A stretch of DNA of 64,000 nt from Candidatus Limnocylindrales bacterium (GCA_035526025.1 DATLDE010000004.1:13011-77010), one strand, 5' to 3'; counted from the stretch's first letter, positions 1 through 8,927 are shown. Numbers and translations: made by a program. Notes: generated from the sequence alone by a model not told the origin.

Positions 1-721
1 CGAGCTCCGATATCACGCCGAGCACTTCAATACAGTTGAAAATAATTCTTCTTTTTATCGAATTGCTAGTGAAGCGACATACAAAACCTGGTCCAGAATG
101 ACTCCTGAAAATTATAAATTCTCAATGAAGCTCAATAAGCTCATAACGCACGTTCATAGACTTGAATTAAACAAAGAAGTAAAAGAAAAGGTATGCTATA
201 TCTTAACCTCAACACAAGTTCTACAAAATAAGCTTGGTGTTATCTTAATTCAACTTCCTCCAAGTTTTAAGTATGATCTTGAACGTCTTGATAAATTTCT
301 GAGTTTTTTAAAAAATGAAATTAAATCACTTGAATACAAGTTTGATGTTGCGATAGAGTTCCGAAATAAATATTGGTTTATAAAGGAAGTATATGCCATC
401 CTGAAAAAATATAATGTAGCTCTAGTTGCAAGTCAATCTTCCCGTTATCCTGAAGTACGTCAAGTTACAGCTGACTTTGCATACATACGCATGCATGGAC
501 CCGTTAAGCTCTTTTCATCTCCTTATACTGCAGAACAATTAGAAGATTGGGCCGCATATATCAAAAGTATTTCTAAGAAAATGAAACAAATCTTCGTATA
601 TTTCAATAATGACTTTCATGGTTTTGCCTTGGAAAATGCCAAAGAGTTATCAGCAATTTTGAATTTTAAAATTACTCAGTCCAAATCAAATATCCAGAAT
701 TCCCATCGCGAAGCGAAATAA
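1..721 (+). CDS. DUF72 family protein (5' end truncated by window edge)
   Basis: The reading frame is open from nt 2 and in frame with the ATG at 98. Motifs YHAEHFNTVENNSSFY, FRNKYW, DFAYIRMHG and VYFNNDFHGFA are typical of DUF72/YecE-like proteins. Stop at 719-721. Confidence 0.7.
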   Translation, partial: ELRYHAEHFNTVENNSSFYRIASEATYKTWSRMTPENYKFSMKLNKLITHVHRLELNKEVKEKVCYILTSTQVLQNKLGVILIQLPPSFKYDLERLDKFLSFLKNEIKSLEYKFDVAIEFRNKYWFIKEVYAILKKYNVALVASQSSRYPEVRQVTADFAYIRMHGPVKLFSSPYTAEQLEDWAAYIKSISKKMKQIFVYFNNDFHGFALENAKELSAILNFKITQSKSNIQNSHREAK

Positions 722-726
722 AATAG

Positions 727-744
727 TGTATAATAGTATCTATG
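727..744 (+). promoter_or_regulatory. extended -10 promoter (TGTATAAT) with ATG 7 nt downstream (leaderless)
   Basis: TGTATAAT at 727-734, ATG at 742. Confidence 0.4.
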
Positions 745-855
745 GCAAAAAGAGTAACAGGAGTGGGTAGCAAAAAGATGGGAACCCCACACAAAACAAA
801 AAAAAGACTTGAAGCAAAAAAGCTCATGCTTGCCAACAAGCGTAAGAGAAAATAA
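742..855 (+). CDS. 37-aa Lys/Arg-rich small protein (MAKRVTGVGSKKMGTPHKTKKRLEAKKLMLANKRKRK), absent from the ORF track because it is under 60 aa
   Basis: ATG 742 lies 7 nt downstream of a perfect extended -10 TGTATAAT (727-734), the same leaderless layout as neighbouring genes. No family recognised. Confidence 0.3.
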   Translation: MAKRVTGVGSKKMGTPHKTKKRLEAKKLMLANKRKRK

Positions 856-863
856 GATTCCCC

Positions 864-881
864 TGTTATAATCTACATATG
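864..881 (+). promoter_or_regulatory. extended -10 promoter TGTTATAAT, 6 nt, then ATG (leaderless) for the GNAT gene
   Basis: TATAAT 867-872, ATG 879; this motif recurs before many genes in the window. Confidence 0.4.
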
Positions 882-1466
882 GACCTCTCCAAAAATTTTG
901 AATTAAAAGTATTTGATTCTATTCCTGAAAAATTTGTTGATCAAGTTGATAAACTTTTAGAAAATAACGAAAGCAATAATAGAATAAATGATCAAAACAC
1001 GTTAAGTGAGTACTCAAAAGAAAATTTTAATAATCAAAAAGATCGCATAAATTACATAGCTGCATTCACTGTTAAGGAGGTTATCGGAATAGTAATCGTG
1101 TTTAAAAGAAAAATTGAATTTAAAGATAAAAAAATCATACTTGGCGGTTTAGGAGGAGTTGGTACAAAGAAAGAATATAGAGGCCGTGGTATTGCTTCCT
1201 CAATGCTTAAGCTTGCACAAAAGATTCTAAGAGAATCAGATAGCGATGTTGCATACCTTGATACTGATATAAAAGATCCGGTTATGCTTAAAATGTATGG
1301 AAGGCTAGGATTTGAATTACTCAACAGATCTCATACATACAAAGGCAAGTCAGGCAAAAAATATTTTGCGAATAATGGTATGATTGCACCAATTAATTCA
1401 CTGGATATTTTTAATGAAATTATGAATGAAGATAAGCCATTTGATTTAGGAGGCAGTAATTGGTAG
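879..1466 (+). CDS. GNAT family N-acetyltransferase
   Basis: Acetyl-CoA binding motif RGRGIASSMLKLA (R/Q-x-x-G-x-G/A) and overall GNAT topology; 195 aa. Confidence 0.7.
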   Translation: MDLSKNFELKVFDSIPEKFVDQVDKLLENNESNNRINDQNTLSEYSKENFNNQKDRINYIAAFTVKEVIGIVIVFKRKIEFKDKKIILGGLGGVGTKKEYRGRGIASSMLKLAQKILRESDSDVAYLDTDIKDPVMLKMYGRLGFELLNRSHTYKGKSGKKYFANNGMIAPINSLDIFNEIMNEDKPFDLGGSNW

Positions 1467-1512
1467 CACCATTACATTTTCTATACATCCTCTGCTCTGA
1501 TATAATCCTTTC

Positions 1513-1917
1513 ATGAACAAACTTAAAACCTCAGACAAAATATACGTCGCTGAGTCAAAAATTCCAGATAGCGGGAGAGGAGTTTTCGCAAGGATTGGTA
1601 TTAAAAAAAACGAAGTAATTGAAAGCTGCCCGGTCATAGAAGTACCGCCTCACGATGTAGCCAACCTATCAGAAAGCGTTCTAGTCACATATTTTTATTA
1701 CTTGGGCAAAAATAAAGAAAGAGTTTTGATTACTCTTGGATTTGGAGCAATATACAACCATACCTATACTCCAAATGCTATGTACGAAGAAAGATTAAAT
1801 GCAGGACTGATAGATTTTGTGGCTTTGAAAGATATTTCAAAAGATGAAGAAATAACTGTTAATTATAATTCAGAAAACTCAGGAAACAAAAATCCACTAT
1901 GGTTTGAGAAGAGTTAG
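1513..1917 (+). CDS. SET domain-containing protein (putative protein-lysine methyltransferase)
   Basis: GRGVFA near the N-terminus, NHTYTPNA (NHSCxPN-like), EEITVNY (post-SET ELxxxY-like); 134 aa. TATAAT at 1501-1506, 6 nt before the ATG. Confidence 0.6.
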   Translation: MNKLKTSDKIYVAESKIPDSGRGVFARIGIKKNEVIESCPVIEVPPHDVANLSESVLVTYFYYLGKNKERVLITLGFGAIYNHTYTPNAMYEERLNAGLIDFVALKDISKDEEITVNYNSENSGNKNPLWFEKS

Positions 1918-2375
1918 CTATTTCCTTCTGCGGCTTTTTGGAGGTCCGAAACCACAATTTTCTTCATCTGGAGCATGGCCTGCATGACTCTACCTGATTT
2001 ATCCTTGCTCATTAACTCTGTAAGCTGCTTAGGGACAATCTGCCAGGAAACTCCAAACTTATCCTTCAACCAACCACATTGGCTTTCTTCCCCGCCTTCT
2101 GCAGTAAGTTTCTCCCAATAATAGTCGACTTCTTCCTGACCATCGCAGTTAACTACAAATGAAATCGCTTCATTAAATTTGAAATTAGGTCCGGCACTCA
2201 TCAGAGTAAACTGTTGACCAAAAAGCTCAATCGAAACAATGTCTACTGCGCCACTTGGAGTATCATCAATTGTCTCGGGGTTATGTAATTTCGAATCTTT
2301 AAAAATTGACGTGTAGAGCTTAGCTGCTTCGCGAGCTTCTTTATCAAACCATAAAAATGGGGTAATTTTCTGCAT
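1914..2375 (-). CDS. PhnB-like VOC superfamily protein (3-demethylubiquinone-9 3-methyltransferase-like domain)
   Basis: MQKITPFLWFDKEAREAAKLY...GWLKDKFGVSWQI matches the PhnB/glyoxalase-like family. The ORF track starts 14 codons earlier (2417); the conserved N-terminus begins at the internal Met (2375). Confidence 0.6.
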   Translation of the reverse strand: MQKITPFLWFDKEAREAAKLYTSIFKDSKLHNPETIDDTPSGAVDIVSIELFGQQFTLMSAGPNFKFNEAISFVVNCDGQEEVDYYWEKLTAEGGEESQCGWLKDKFGVSWQIVPKQLTELMSKDKSGRVMQAMLQMKKIVVSDLQKAAEGNS

Positions 2376-2646
2376 AAGAATCAAGGTTATTGTAGTATCG
2401 GAAATACTAATTGTCAAATACTCGATACTATATTTCGTTCTGATATAATTTATTCAGAATGAACAAGGTTCTAGAGAAAAAATTCTCAACTTAAATATTT
2501 TTTCTCCATTTGAGAATATAGAAATGCCGAAGTTAAATAAATATGAGGGCTTTATGAGAAGTGACTATTACAATCGAATAGCCAAACTTCAACTATAAAA
2601 ACTCCTTTCATAAATCTCACTATTTATATTATGCTAGTATACAAGC

Positions 2647-3150
2647 ATGGAAACAAAAAACAAAAAAGAATTGACTTTGACACGCGTCTTCAATGCACCA
2701 ATCAAGCGTGTCTGGAATGCGCTTACAACTCCTGGGCAATTTGTAAAATGGTATGGATTGTCCAATTCCACTATGTCTGATATGAAGATGGATGTGAGAG
2801 TAGGCGGTGGGTGGAGTGGTGTCATGCATATCCCAGGATACCCTGACATTTCCTGGAGAGCTGAATATATAGAGGTTAATCCCCCTGAAAAACTGGTATT
2901 TAAACTCAAAAATCCCGATGACCACAATGATCCCAACACAGAAACTGTAACTATAATACTTAGAGACTTAGATTCAAATATAATTAGAGGCTTAGACTCA
3001 AAGACTGAGATGTTTTTCAACCAATCGGGAAATCTCCCTGATGACGAGTATCAAAAAGCACTTAGAGATGGATGGACTAGTTTTTTTAACCGGCTTGATG
3101 AGGTTTTGGATTATGATGAATTTCTTCCAAAGAACAAAACTCAGGAATGA
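2647..3150 (+). CDS. SRPBCC family protein (AHSA1/activator of Hsp90 ATPase-like domain)
   Basis: LTLTRVFNAPIKRVWNALTTPGQFVKWYG is the typical SRPBCC/AHSA1 N-terminus. TAGTAT -10 lies 6 nt before the ATG. Confidence 0.65.
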   Translation: METKNKKELTLTRVFNAPIKRVWNALTTPGQFVKWYGLSNSTMSDMKMDVRVGGGWSGVMHIPGYPDISWRAEYIEVNPPEKLVFKLKNPDDHNDPNTETVTIILRDLDSNIIRGLDSKTEMFFNQSGNLPDDEYQKALRDGWTSFFNRLDEVLDYDEFLPKNKTQE

Positions 3151-3285
3151 ACGTGGACTTATTAACCCTGGTCTTATCTTTTACTGTTACCTTACATATT
3201 TTTCAATCTCCCCTTACATAACTTTTACATTAATAAATTAATATTGTTTATTAAGGAACCTAACAATAAAGAGGGAGGTGATTAT

Positions 3286-3531
3286 ATGAAAAAAATAGTT
3301 TCTTTCTTTTTAGCCATTGTCTTTGCTCTAACGGTAGTAGCATCTGTTCCACCAGCAGCATCTGCTGATCACGGCGTTGAGCATGAGTATTGTGAGGAAT
3401 GGTACTCATACATTACTACATTTCATTATTGGGACCATGAGGAAGCTCACTACTCGGTTTATGTGAATTGTGGGTCCGGATGGACTTACTCGCACCGCTA
3501 TGTTGACTACTACTGGTACTATGGTGCTTGA
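3286..3531 (+). CDS. small secreted Tyr/Trp/His-rich peptide (about 55-aa mature), function unknown
   Basis: Signal peptide MKKIVSFFLAIVFALTVVASVPPAASA; mature part DHGVEHEYCEEWYSYITTFHYWDHEEAHYSVYVNCGSGWTYSHRYVDYYWYYGA with 2 Cys. Strong SD AGGGAGGTGATTAT precedes ATG 3286. Confidence 0.45.
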   Translation: MKKIVSFFLAIVFALTVVASVPPAASADHGVEHEYCEEWYSYITTFHYWDHEEAHYSVYVNCGSGWTYSHRYVDYYWYYGA

Positions 3532-3658
3532 TAAGCCTAGAGGTTAATATAGGGGGTGAGTCTGAAAATTGTATTTCAGCCTAGATTAGATTATGTTGAC
3601 TAATTTCCATAAGGCAGTAGTTTAATTTTCAATATTAAACTTCTGTTATAATTTCCTT

Positions 3659-4144
3659 ATGCAGGTTCGACGCATAACCCCAGATGATAGAAAAGAGCTC
3701 GTAAAACTCATCATAGATTTTGAGAATAGTTCCCAGAACTTACTCTCCCCACTTCAGGCAGGCATGAGAGCTTACAAAGATCTCCAGGGAATGGCTGAGG
3801 AAAAAGCAAAAAAATATTTATCCAAACCTAGTTATTTAGTTTTTGTTGTGGATGAAAACGGAAGTCTTAAAGGTTATATCAGCGGGGAGATTATTGAAAA
3901 AAAATATAGAATCTATAATAAAGAAGGATATGTTGAAAATTGGTTTGTTGAAAAAGATTACCAAAACCATGGTATTGGAAAAGAATTGTTTGAAACATTA
4001 ATCAAGGAATTTGAAAAATCAGACTGCACACATATAAATCTTGATACCAATATCAATAACAAAAGAGCAATAGATATTTATGAACACATGGGATTTACCA
4101 AAAGACTGGTAACATTCTTCAAGCCTTTAAAAAAACAGTCCTAA
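3659..4144 (+). CDS. GNAT family N-acetyltransferase
   Basis: QNHGIGKELFETLIKEF (Q-x-x-G-x-G motif); 161 aa. TGTTATAAT at 3644-3652, 6 nt before the ATG. Confidence 0.7.
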   Translation: MQVRRITPDDRKELVKLIIDFENSSQNLLSPLQAGMRAYKDLQGMAEEKAKKYLSKPSYLVFVVDENGSLKGYISGEIIEKKYRIYNKEGYVENWFVEKDYQNHGIGKELFETLIKEFEKSDCTHINLDTNINNKRAIDIYEHMGFTKRLVTFFKPLKKQS

Positions 4145-4168
4145 TTGCTCATCTGCTATAATTTCTTC

Positions 4169-4498
4169 ATGCAACATAAGATACTCAAACCCAGCTTTTT
4201 ATTGAAATTCTTGGGTGTGTTTATAATACTTTTATCTTTCTACTTTATGCAAAGAATTGTCGTCACACCGGGAGATAATCAAACTCTTTATGAAAAAGCA
4301 AAAAAGGCATGCTCTTCTGAAATCTATCTATTGGTAAATGATATTGGTCCGGTAACAGGTGCCCCCATAAAATCACCTTTTCCTGAAAAGATTATTGATG
4401 TAACAAATGATATTATAATTGATTATAGTTGTAATCAGACTGATATTTTAAAAAAAGCTTCACAAGCTCAACAAAACTTCCATTCATTTTTTGGTTGA
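4169..4498 (+). CDS. hypothetical membrane-anchored protein
   Basis: ORF with one N-terminal TM segment (FLLKFLGVFIILLSFYF). ATG 4169 is 6 nt after TGCTATAAT (4154-4162); the track's 4145 start would lie inside the promoter. Confidence 0.4.
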   Translation: MQHKILKPSFLLKFLGVFIILLSFYFMQRIVVTPGDNQTLYEKAKKACSSEIYLLVNDIGPVTGAPIKSPFPEKIIDVTNDIIIDYSCNQTDILKKASQAQQNFHSFFG

Positions 4499-4643
4499 CA
4501 CCAGTTGCTATTTTAATAAGCACAGCTGGTGGGATATTTTTATTACTCTTAATTATCCAAACTGTATATAAAATCATTAAAAAATCTGCCCACCAGAAAA
4601 AATAACCTCATTGTATCTTAGCCAACTCTGTTATAATTTTCTC

Positions 4644-4754
4644 ATGGCTCAACCACCAATTGTTCTTGCCCATTTAATCTTTATTGGCCTGCAAGATGCA
4701 ATGCAAAAAATCTTTACAAATTTTGCTATTCTTGATTCACTAATATATTATTAA
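4644..4754 (+). CDS. 36-aa hydrophobic micro-protein (MAQPPIVLAHLIFIGLQDAMQKIFTNFAILDSLIYY)
   Basis: ATG 4644 is 6 nt after TGTTATAAT (4629-4637); not in the ORF track (under 60 aa). Confidence 0.25.
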   Translation: MAQPPIVLAHLIFIGLQDAMQKIFTNFAILDSLIYY

Positions 4755-4757
4755 TAA

Positions 4758-5321
4758 ATGAAAAATAAAAAAATTGGATTTCTAAATGAAGAATATGAAG
4801 GCGTTATCATCGGTAAGTCCTTTAAGAAAGTACCGAGATTACCCCGGGTCCTTATAGGTGCACCGCTTATTTATCTCCCCATTCTGACCACTGTTCCTTT
4901 TGTCATCATTGGCGTTTCTCTTGTCAGATGGCATCTGCAGCTCCTGGGAGCGCGCAACTTGAAGAGTTACTGGAGTTTTGTACCACACTGGGTAACTCAT
5001 AGATATACCCATAAGACACAACCTGTCGCATCCGATTCGATATTTAGTCTCCAGCATTATAAATGGGTTTGGATATTTAACTGCAAATTATATTGCCCAC
5101 TCAGCGTTGCGCTACTGAGATATGCTGTATATCTTGTCAAAATAGTTGAAAATTGGTGGTGTCCTTTTGCGCATGAAAGAAAAGAAGAATATTGTGACGC
5201 GCCGATTGATTATTCTTATTGGCACACAGATGAAAAATTAAAAAGCAAACTCCATCCAGCTGATAGAGATAATCCTATCTGGAACAAAGACGCAAAGAAA
5301 AATGACAATAAAAATAAGTAA
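4758..5321 (+). CDS. hypothetical membrane protein, Trp/Cys-rich
   Basis: ORF only; TM segment (LIGAPLIYLPILTTVPFVIIGVSLV); no recognisable family. Confidence 0.35.
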   Translation: MKNKKIGFLNEEYEGVIIGKSFKKVPRLPRVLIGAPLIYLPILTTVPFVIIGVSLVRWHLQLLGARNLKSYWSFVPHWVTHRYTHKTQPVASDSIFSLQHYKWVWIFNCKLYCPLSVALLRYAVYLVKIVENWWCPFAHERKEEYCDAPIDYSYWHTDEKLKSKLHPADRDNPIWNKDAKKNDNKNK

Positions 5322-5389
5322 TGCTTTAATAAAGTTGCATATCTGAATTTTCTTACAGGAATTAAACAAATCTCTGCTATATTGTAACT

Positions 5390-5758
5390 ATGCTGAACCT
5401 CAACTCAATAATGATAGGGACTCATGATCCCAAAAGACTTGCTAATTTTTATGAAGCAGTTTTGGATAAGAAACCTGATATGCAGGATGGCTCATGGTAT
5501 GGATTTAGCGCAGGAAGTACATATCTATCAATTGGCGAGCATTCAGAAGTAAAAGACACAGCACAAGAACCACAAAGACTTATGCTTTGCTTTGAGTCAA
5601 AAGAAGTAAAAGAAGAATTTGAAAGAATCAGCAAGATTGAGGGAGTCAAAGTAATTAAAGAACCATATGAGATACAAGGAGCTTGGATAGCAACACTTGC
5701 AGATCCAGATGGCAACTATTTCCAACTAATGACCCCGTGGGAAAGTGAAAAAAACTAG
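5390..5758 (+). CDS. VOC family protein (glyoxalase/bleomycin-resistance fold)
   Basis: N-terminal MIGTHDPKRLANFYEAVL and C-terminal ADPDGNYFQLM are typical of glyoxalase-fold proteins. TGCTATATT -10 is 6 nt before the ATG. Confidence 0.65.
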   Translation: MLNLNSIMIGTHDPKRLANFYEAVLDKKPDMQDGSWYGFSAGSTYLSIGEHSEVKDTAQEPQRLMLCFESKEVKEEFERISKIEGVKVIKEPYEIQGAWIATLADPDGNYFQLMTPWESEKN

Positions 5759-6009
5759 AACTTCATATTAGAATAAATCTTACATAGTTGTTACCCTTTT
5801 CTAGTATTATCCTGATGATACAATGTGATACTTATTTATATGATTAAGTCAAAATCATTTCCAATCGAATACATGATGCTTGTGGGGGTCGCGCTCAGTA
5901 TCGTACTTGCCATAACTATCAATCTCTTACTTCAAGTTGCTATCTCCCTTATATAAATTTTGATTTTAACCTCTAAAATGCTTTCAATTTCATCGATAAA
6001 AATGTATAG

Positions 6010-6885
6010 TTGGATATTATGAAATTAAAAACAATAATGGTGGCAACACTGCTAGCATTTTCTATCCTTGGAACCCTTGCATATTTTGCAGGATTTCAGA
6101 GCGGATCGAATACTCCCCAAAGAAAAAATGCCGTGGCTCAAGTTGTTTCAACTTCAACACCAGTAAAAGATGTGCCTTTTCGCACATACACTGCACCAAA
6201 TATTGAGAAGAAACGCGAATATACAATTGTTATGATTGGAGACTCTATGACACATGCACTTGGACCCCACGGTGGGCCGTTTTATGAAAAACTAAATGCA
6301 CTATTTAAAGACAACAATCATGGAATCTTGATTGATAATTATGCAGGTCCATCAACCAATATTCTGACACTTGATAAAGCAATGAATACCACAACAACTT
6401 TTGCTGAGTGGACATTTGAACCACTCTTATCCAGACAATTTGACCTTATACTCATAGAATCATTTGGCTACAATCCCTTATCGCAGTTCGGTGTAGAAAA
6501 TGGAATTAAAAGGCAAAATGAGGAACTGGAAAAGCTAATGAATACCCTTATTAAAACACACCCCAAATCGGCGATAATGTTTGTGGCGACTATCGCACCC
6601 AATAAAGCAAACTATGGCAAACTTGCCAATCCAAATGATCCGCCCGAGGCCCGCGCCGCACAAGTTGATGAACGAATTTCTTATATCAGAAATCATATTA
6701 AGTATGCAACCGAGCACAATATACCAGTTATCAATATTTTTGAAAAATCACTAACTGCCGCGGGTGATGGAAATCTTGAATATATTAACCCAAATGATTA
6801 CATTCACCCCTCAGCTGTGGGAATAGAATTTATTTCGGGGGAGTTGGCAAATTTTATTTATGATAGCCAAATATTTCCCAGATGA
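6010..6885 (+). CDS. SGNH/GDSL family hydrolase, membrane-anchored
   Basis: N-terminal TM/signal, GDS block IVMIGDSMTH, and catalytic D-x-x-H (DYIHPS) near the C-terminus. Confidence 0.6.
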   Translation: MDIMKLKTIMVATLLAFSILGTLAYFAGFQSGSNTPQRKNAVAQVVSTSTPVKDVPFRTYTAPNIEKKREYTIVMIGDSMTHALGPHGGPFYEKLNALFKDNNHGILIDNYAGPSTNILTLDKAMNTTTTFAEWTFEPLLSRQFDLILIESFGYNPLSQFGVENGIKRQNEELEKLMNTLIKTHPKSAIMFVATIAPNKANYGKLANPNDPPEARAAQVDERISYIRNHIKYATEHNIPVINIFEKSLTAAGDGNLEYINPNDYIHPSAVGIEFISGELANFIYDSQIFPR

Positions 6886-7789
6886 ATACTAATACTAAAA
6901 ACATATTTAAACACGCTCTAATTATAGTCAATCCAGTAAGTGGACTTGGTGACCCAAAAAAAAGACGAGAACTAATAAAAAACACTGCAAAAGAAGTAGG
7001 ATGGATTGGAGAATATGAAGAGACTACTCTCAGAAAAAGCGCAGGATATATTGCTAAAAATGCAATCAAAAAAGGTATTAAGCATATTGTAGTCTGTGGA
7101 GGCGATGGAACAGTTATGGAAGCGCTCGTCGCTGCTGTTAAAAAACCTGTTAATGTTGGGGTTGTTCCTCTGGGAACAGGAAATCTTTTTGCAAGAAATC
7201 TTGACCTGCCACTTGAAACAGAAAAGGCCGTAAAACTGGCCCTTACTGGAAATGCTGAAAAAATTGATATAGGTGTTGCAAATGGTAAGTACTTTAGCAT
7301 TGTTGCCGGAATGGGAATTGATGTAGATATGATAAAAGACGCAACGCGTGAGCTTAAAAACAAACTTGGATTTTTTGCATATATTTTGCTGCAATTAAAA
7401 ATATAAAGAATCCCCCCGGGCACTACAGTATCGTTATCGATGGAAATAATGCCAAAAAAATCAAGGCAAAAAGCATAATGGTTGCCAACATGGGCAAGAT
7501 TCCGGGAGGAATCAAATTTGTGCCATCCGCTCATCCCAAAAGCGGTGCGCTGAGTATTGGTATCATACAGGAAAGTAACACTTTTTCTTTACTTGATATA
7601 TCAGTCAATGCTTTGAAGGGGGATGTAAATAAGAGTTCAGATTATAAATTATACAAAGGTAAAAATATAGAAATAACATCTCTAAAAAATAGACGCCCTT
7701 TTCAGTGTGATGGAGAGGTTTTCCCACCAACCTCTAAATTAGAAGTAACTTTATACCCTGCCGCGGTATCTGTAATATTACCAAAATAA
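6882..7789 (+). pseudogene. DAGK_cat/YegS-BmrU-like lipid kinase, interrupted by a single-base frameshift
   Basis: 6882-7406 encodes the catalytic domain (VVCGGDGTV, PLGTGNLFARN). 7478-7789 encodes the C-terminal accessory domain in a different frame. The upstream frame continues as ...FAALKNIKNPPGHYSIVIDGNNAKK..., so the frames change around the T-run at 7384-7390. Confidence 0.55.
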
Positions 7790-7796
7790 CTTCCTC

Positions 7797-7834
7797 TTGA
7801 CATATACCCCTAGGGGGTATATTATTTCTTTATG
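7797..7834 (+). promoter_or_regulatory. csoR promoter (TTGACA, 17 nt, TATTAT, 6 nt, ATG) with an embedded palindromic CsoR-type operator ATATACCCCTAGGGGGTATAT
   Basis: -35 TTGACA at 7797-7802, imperfect 21-bp palindrome at 7802-7822 overlapping the spacer and -10, ATG at 7832. Resembles the GC-core inverted repeats bound by CsoR in Bacillus copZA. Confidence 0.55.
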
Positions 7835-8104
7835 AAATCTCATTATTCAGACGTAAAAGTTAAGGCGCGAAAAAGAATAAATATTATAAAAGGCCAGCTT
7901 GATGGTCTCCAGAAAATGATTGAAGCCGACGAGTATTGTATTGACCTTCTCAACCAAAGCCTTGCGATTCAAAGCTCTTTAAAGAGTTTGGATGCTGTAC
8001 TCTTTGAAAGACATCTCACAACCCATGTTGCAGAACAATACAAGAAGACACCTGAAAAAGCAACTGTGGAGATAGTTAAACTTTTTAAAAGAGTAAATAA
8101 GTAA
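7832..8104 (+). CDS. csoR: CsoR/RcnR family metal-sensing transcriptional repressor
   Basis: 90 aa; IKGQLDGLQKMIEADEYCIDLLNQ...HLTTHV carries the Cys/His ligands of the CsoR (DUF156) family. Confidence 0.75.
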   Translation: MKSHYSDVKVKARKRINIIKGQLDGLQKMIEADEYCIDLLNQSLAIQSSLKSLDAVLFERHLTTHVAEQYKKTPEKATVEIVKLFKRVNK

Positions 8105-8117
8105 GGGGGGTGATTAT

Positions 8118-8507
8118 ATGAAACAACAATCAATAATTTATGGAGTGGTAGGACTCGTAATCGGTGTGTTATTAACGGGATTTGTAATGGGAAGTCAAAA
8201 TAATAAAACTCCAGAAAAATCCAATTCAACGATGACACATGAGAGTTCTAGCTCTGATGACAATTCAAAAATGAGCATGGAAGAAATGATGTCAGATTTG
8301 AAAGGAAAGTCAGGAGATAAATTCGATAAAGCCTTTTTAGAATCAATGATTGCACATCACGAGGATGCATTGACTATGGCAAAAGACGCAAAAGAACTGG
8401 CAAGGAGAGATGAAATCAAAAAACTAGCTGATGAAATCATATCAGCGCAAACTTCTGAAATTGATCAGATGAAAAAGTGGCAAAAAGAATGGGGATTTAG
8501 CAAGTAA
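8118..8507 (+). CDS. DUF305 domain protein (copper-resistance associated), membrane-anchored
   Basis: MIAHHEDALTMAKDA...EIDQMKKW is the DUF305 signature. SD GGGGGGTGATTAT precedes ATG 8118. Confidence 0.65.
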   Translation: MKQQSIIYGVVGLVIGVLLTGFVMGSQNNKTPEKSNSTMTHESSSSDDNSKMSMEEMMSDLKGKSGDKFDKAFLESMIAHHEDALTMAKDAKELARRDEIKKLADEIISAQTSEIDQMKKWQKEWGFSK

Positions 8508-8561
8508 TCTATTTGGGAGAGGTGCAAAATTATGCGCTTCTTCTAAGGAGATAACAAAACT

Positions 8562-8927
8562 ATGGAAATCGATAAATTAATCGTTGCAATATTTAGCATT
8601 GGAGGAATTATATTCACCTACTGGTTTTTTCTTATGAAAAAAGAGGAAGAAGCTGTTGTGGTTAGTAACAATAGTGTTGAAATTATTGTTAAGGGTGGTT
8701 ATTCTCCAACTGTCATTTCTATTCCAAAAGGTAAATCCACAACGCTTAATTTTATAAGACGCGATCCGAGTTCCTGTCTTGAAGAAGTTGTTCTTAGTGA
8801 TTTTAAAATAAAAAAATATTTACCTTTAAATAAAACAATACCGATTACAATAACTCCCAAAGAGATAGGTGAATTTGACTATGCATGCGGAATGAATATG
8901 TTTCATGGAAAAATTATTGTGACTTAA
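8562..8927 (+). CDS. membrane-anchored cupredoxin-like copper-binding protein
   Basis: N-terminal TM followed by a beta-rich domain ending FDYACGMNMFHGKIIVT (Cys/Met/His ligand cluster typical of cupredoxin-like domains in cop operons). Confidence 0.5.
   Translation: MEIDKLIVAIFSIGGIIFTYWFFLMKKEEEAVVVSNNSVEIIVKGGYSPTVISIPKGKSTTLNFIRRDPSSCLEEVVLSDFKIKKYLPLNKTIPITITPKEIGEFDYACGMNMFHGKIIVT

Noticed and set aside
1052-1324. Antisense ORFs nested inside longer, family-assignable genes. Examples: 1052-1324, 6854-7534, 9879-10265, 10293-11069, 14286-14634, 17201-17924, 23996-24739, 41249-41803, 46813-47921, 50561-52406, 58733-59095, 59672-60085.
   Set aside because: Each lies wholly within or opposite a gene with clear family signatures (GNAT, DAGK, CopA, VIT, PBP1A, P-type ATPase, AtpD and others). 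They have low-complexity or Ser/Ile-rich translations typical of AT-rich antisense frames and no promoter motif.
3041-3241. 66-aa ORF overlapping the 3' end of the SRPBCC gene
   Set aside because: Alternate-frame overlap with a gene having a conserved C-terminus; no promoter motif; hydrophobic low-complexity translation.
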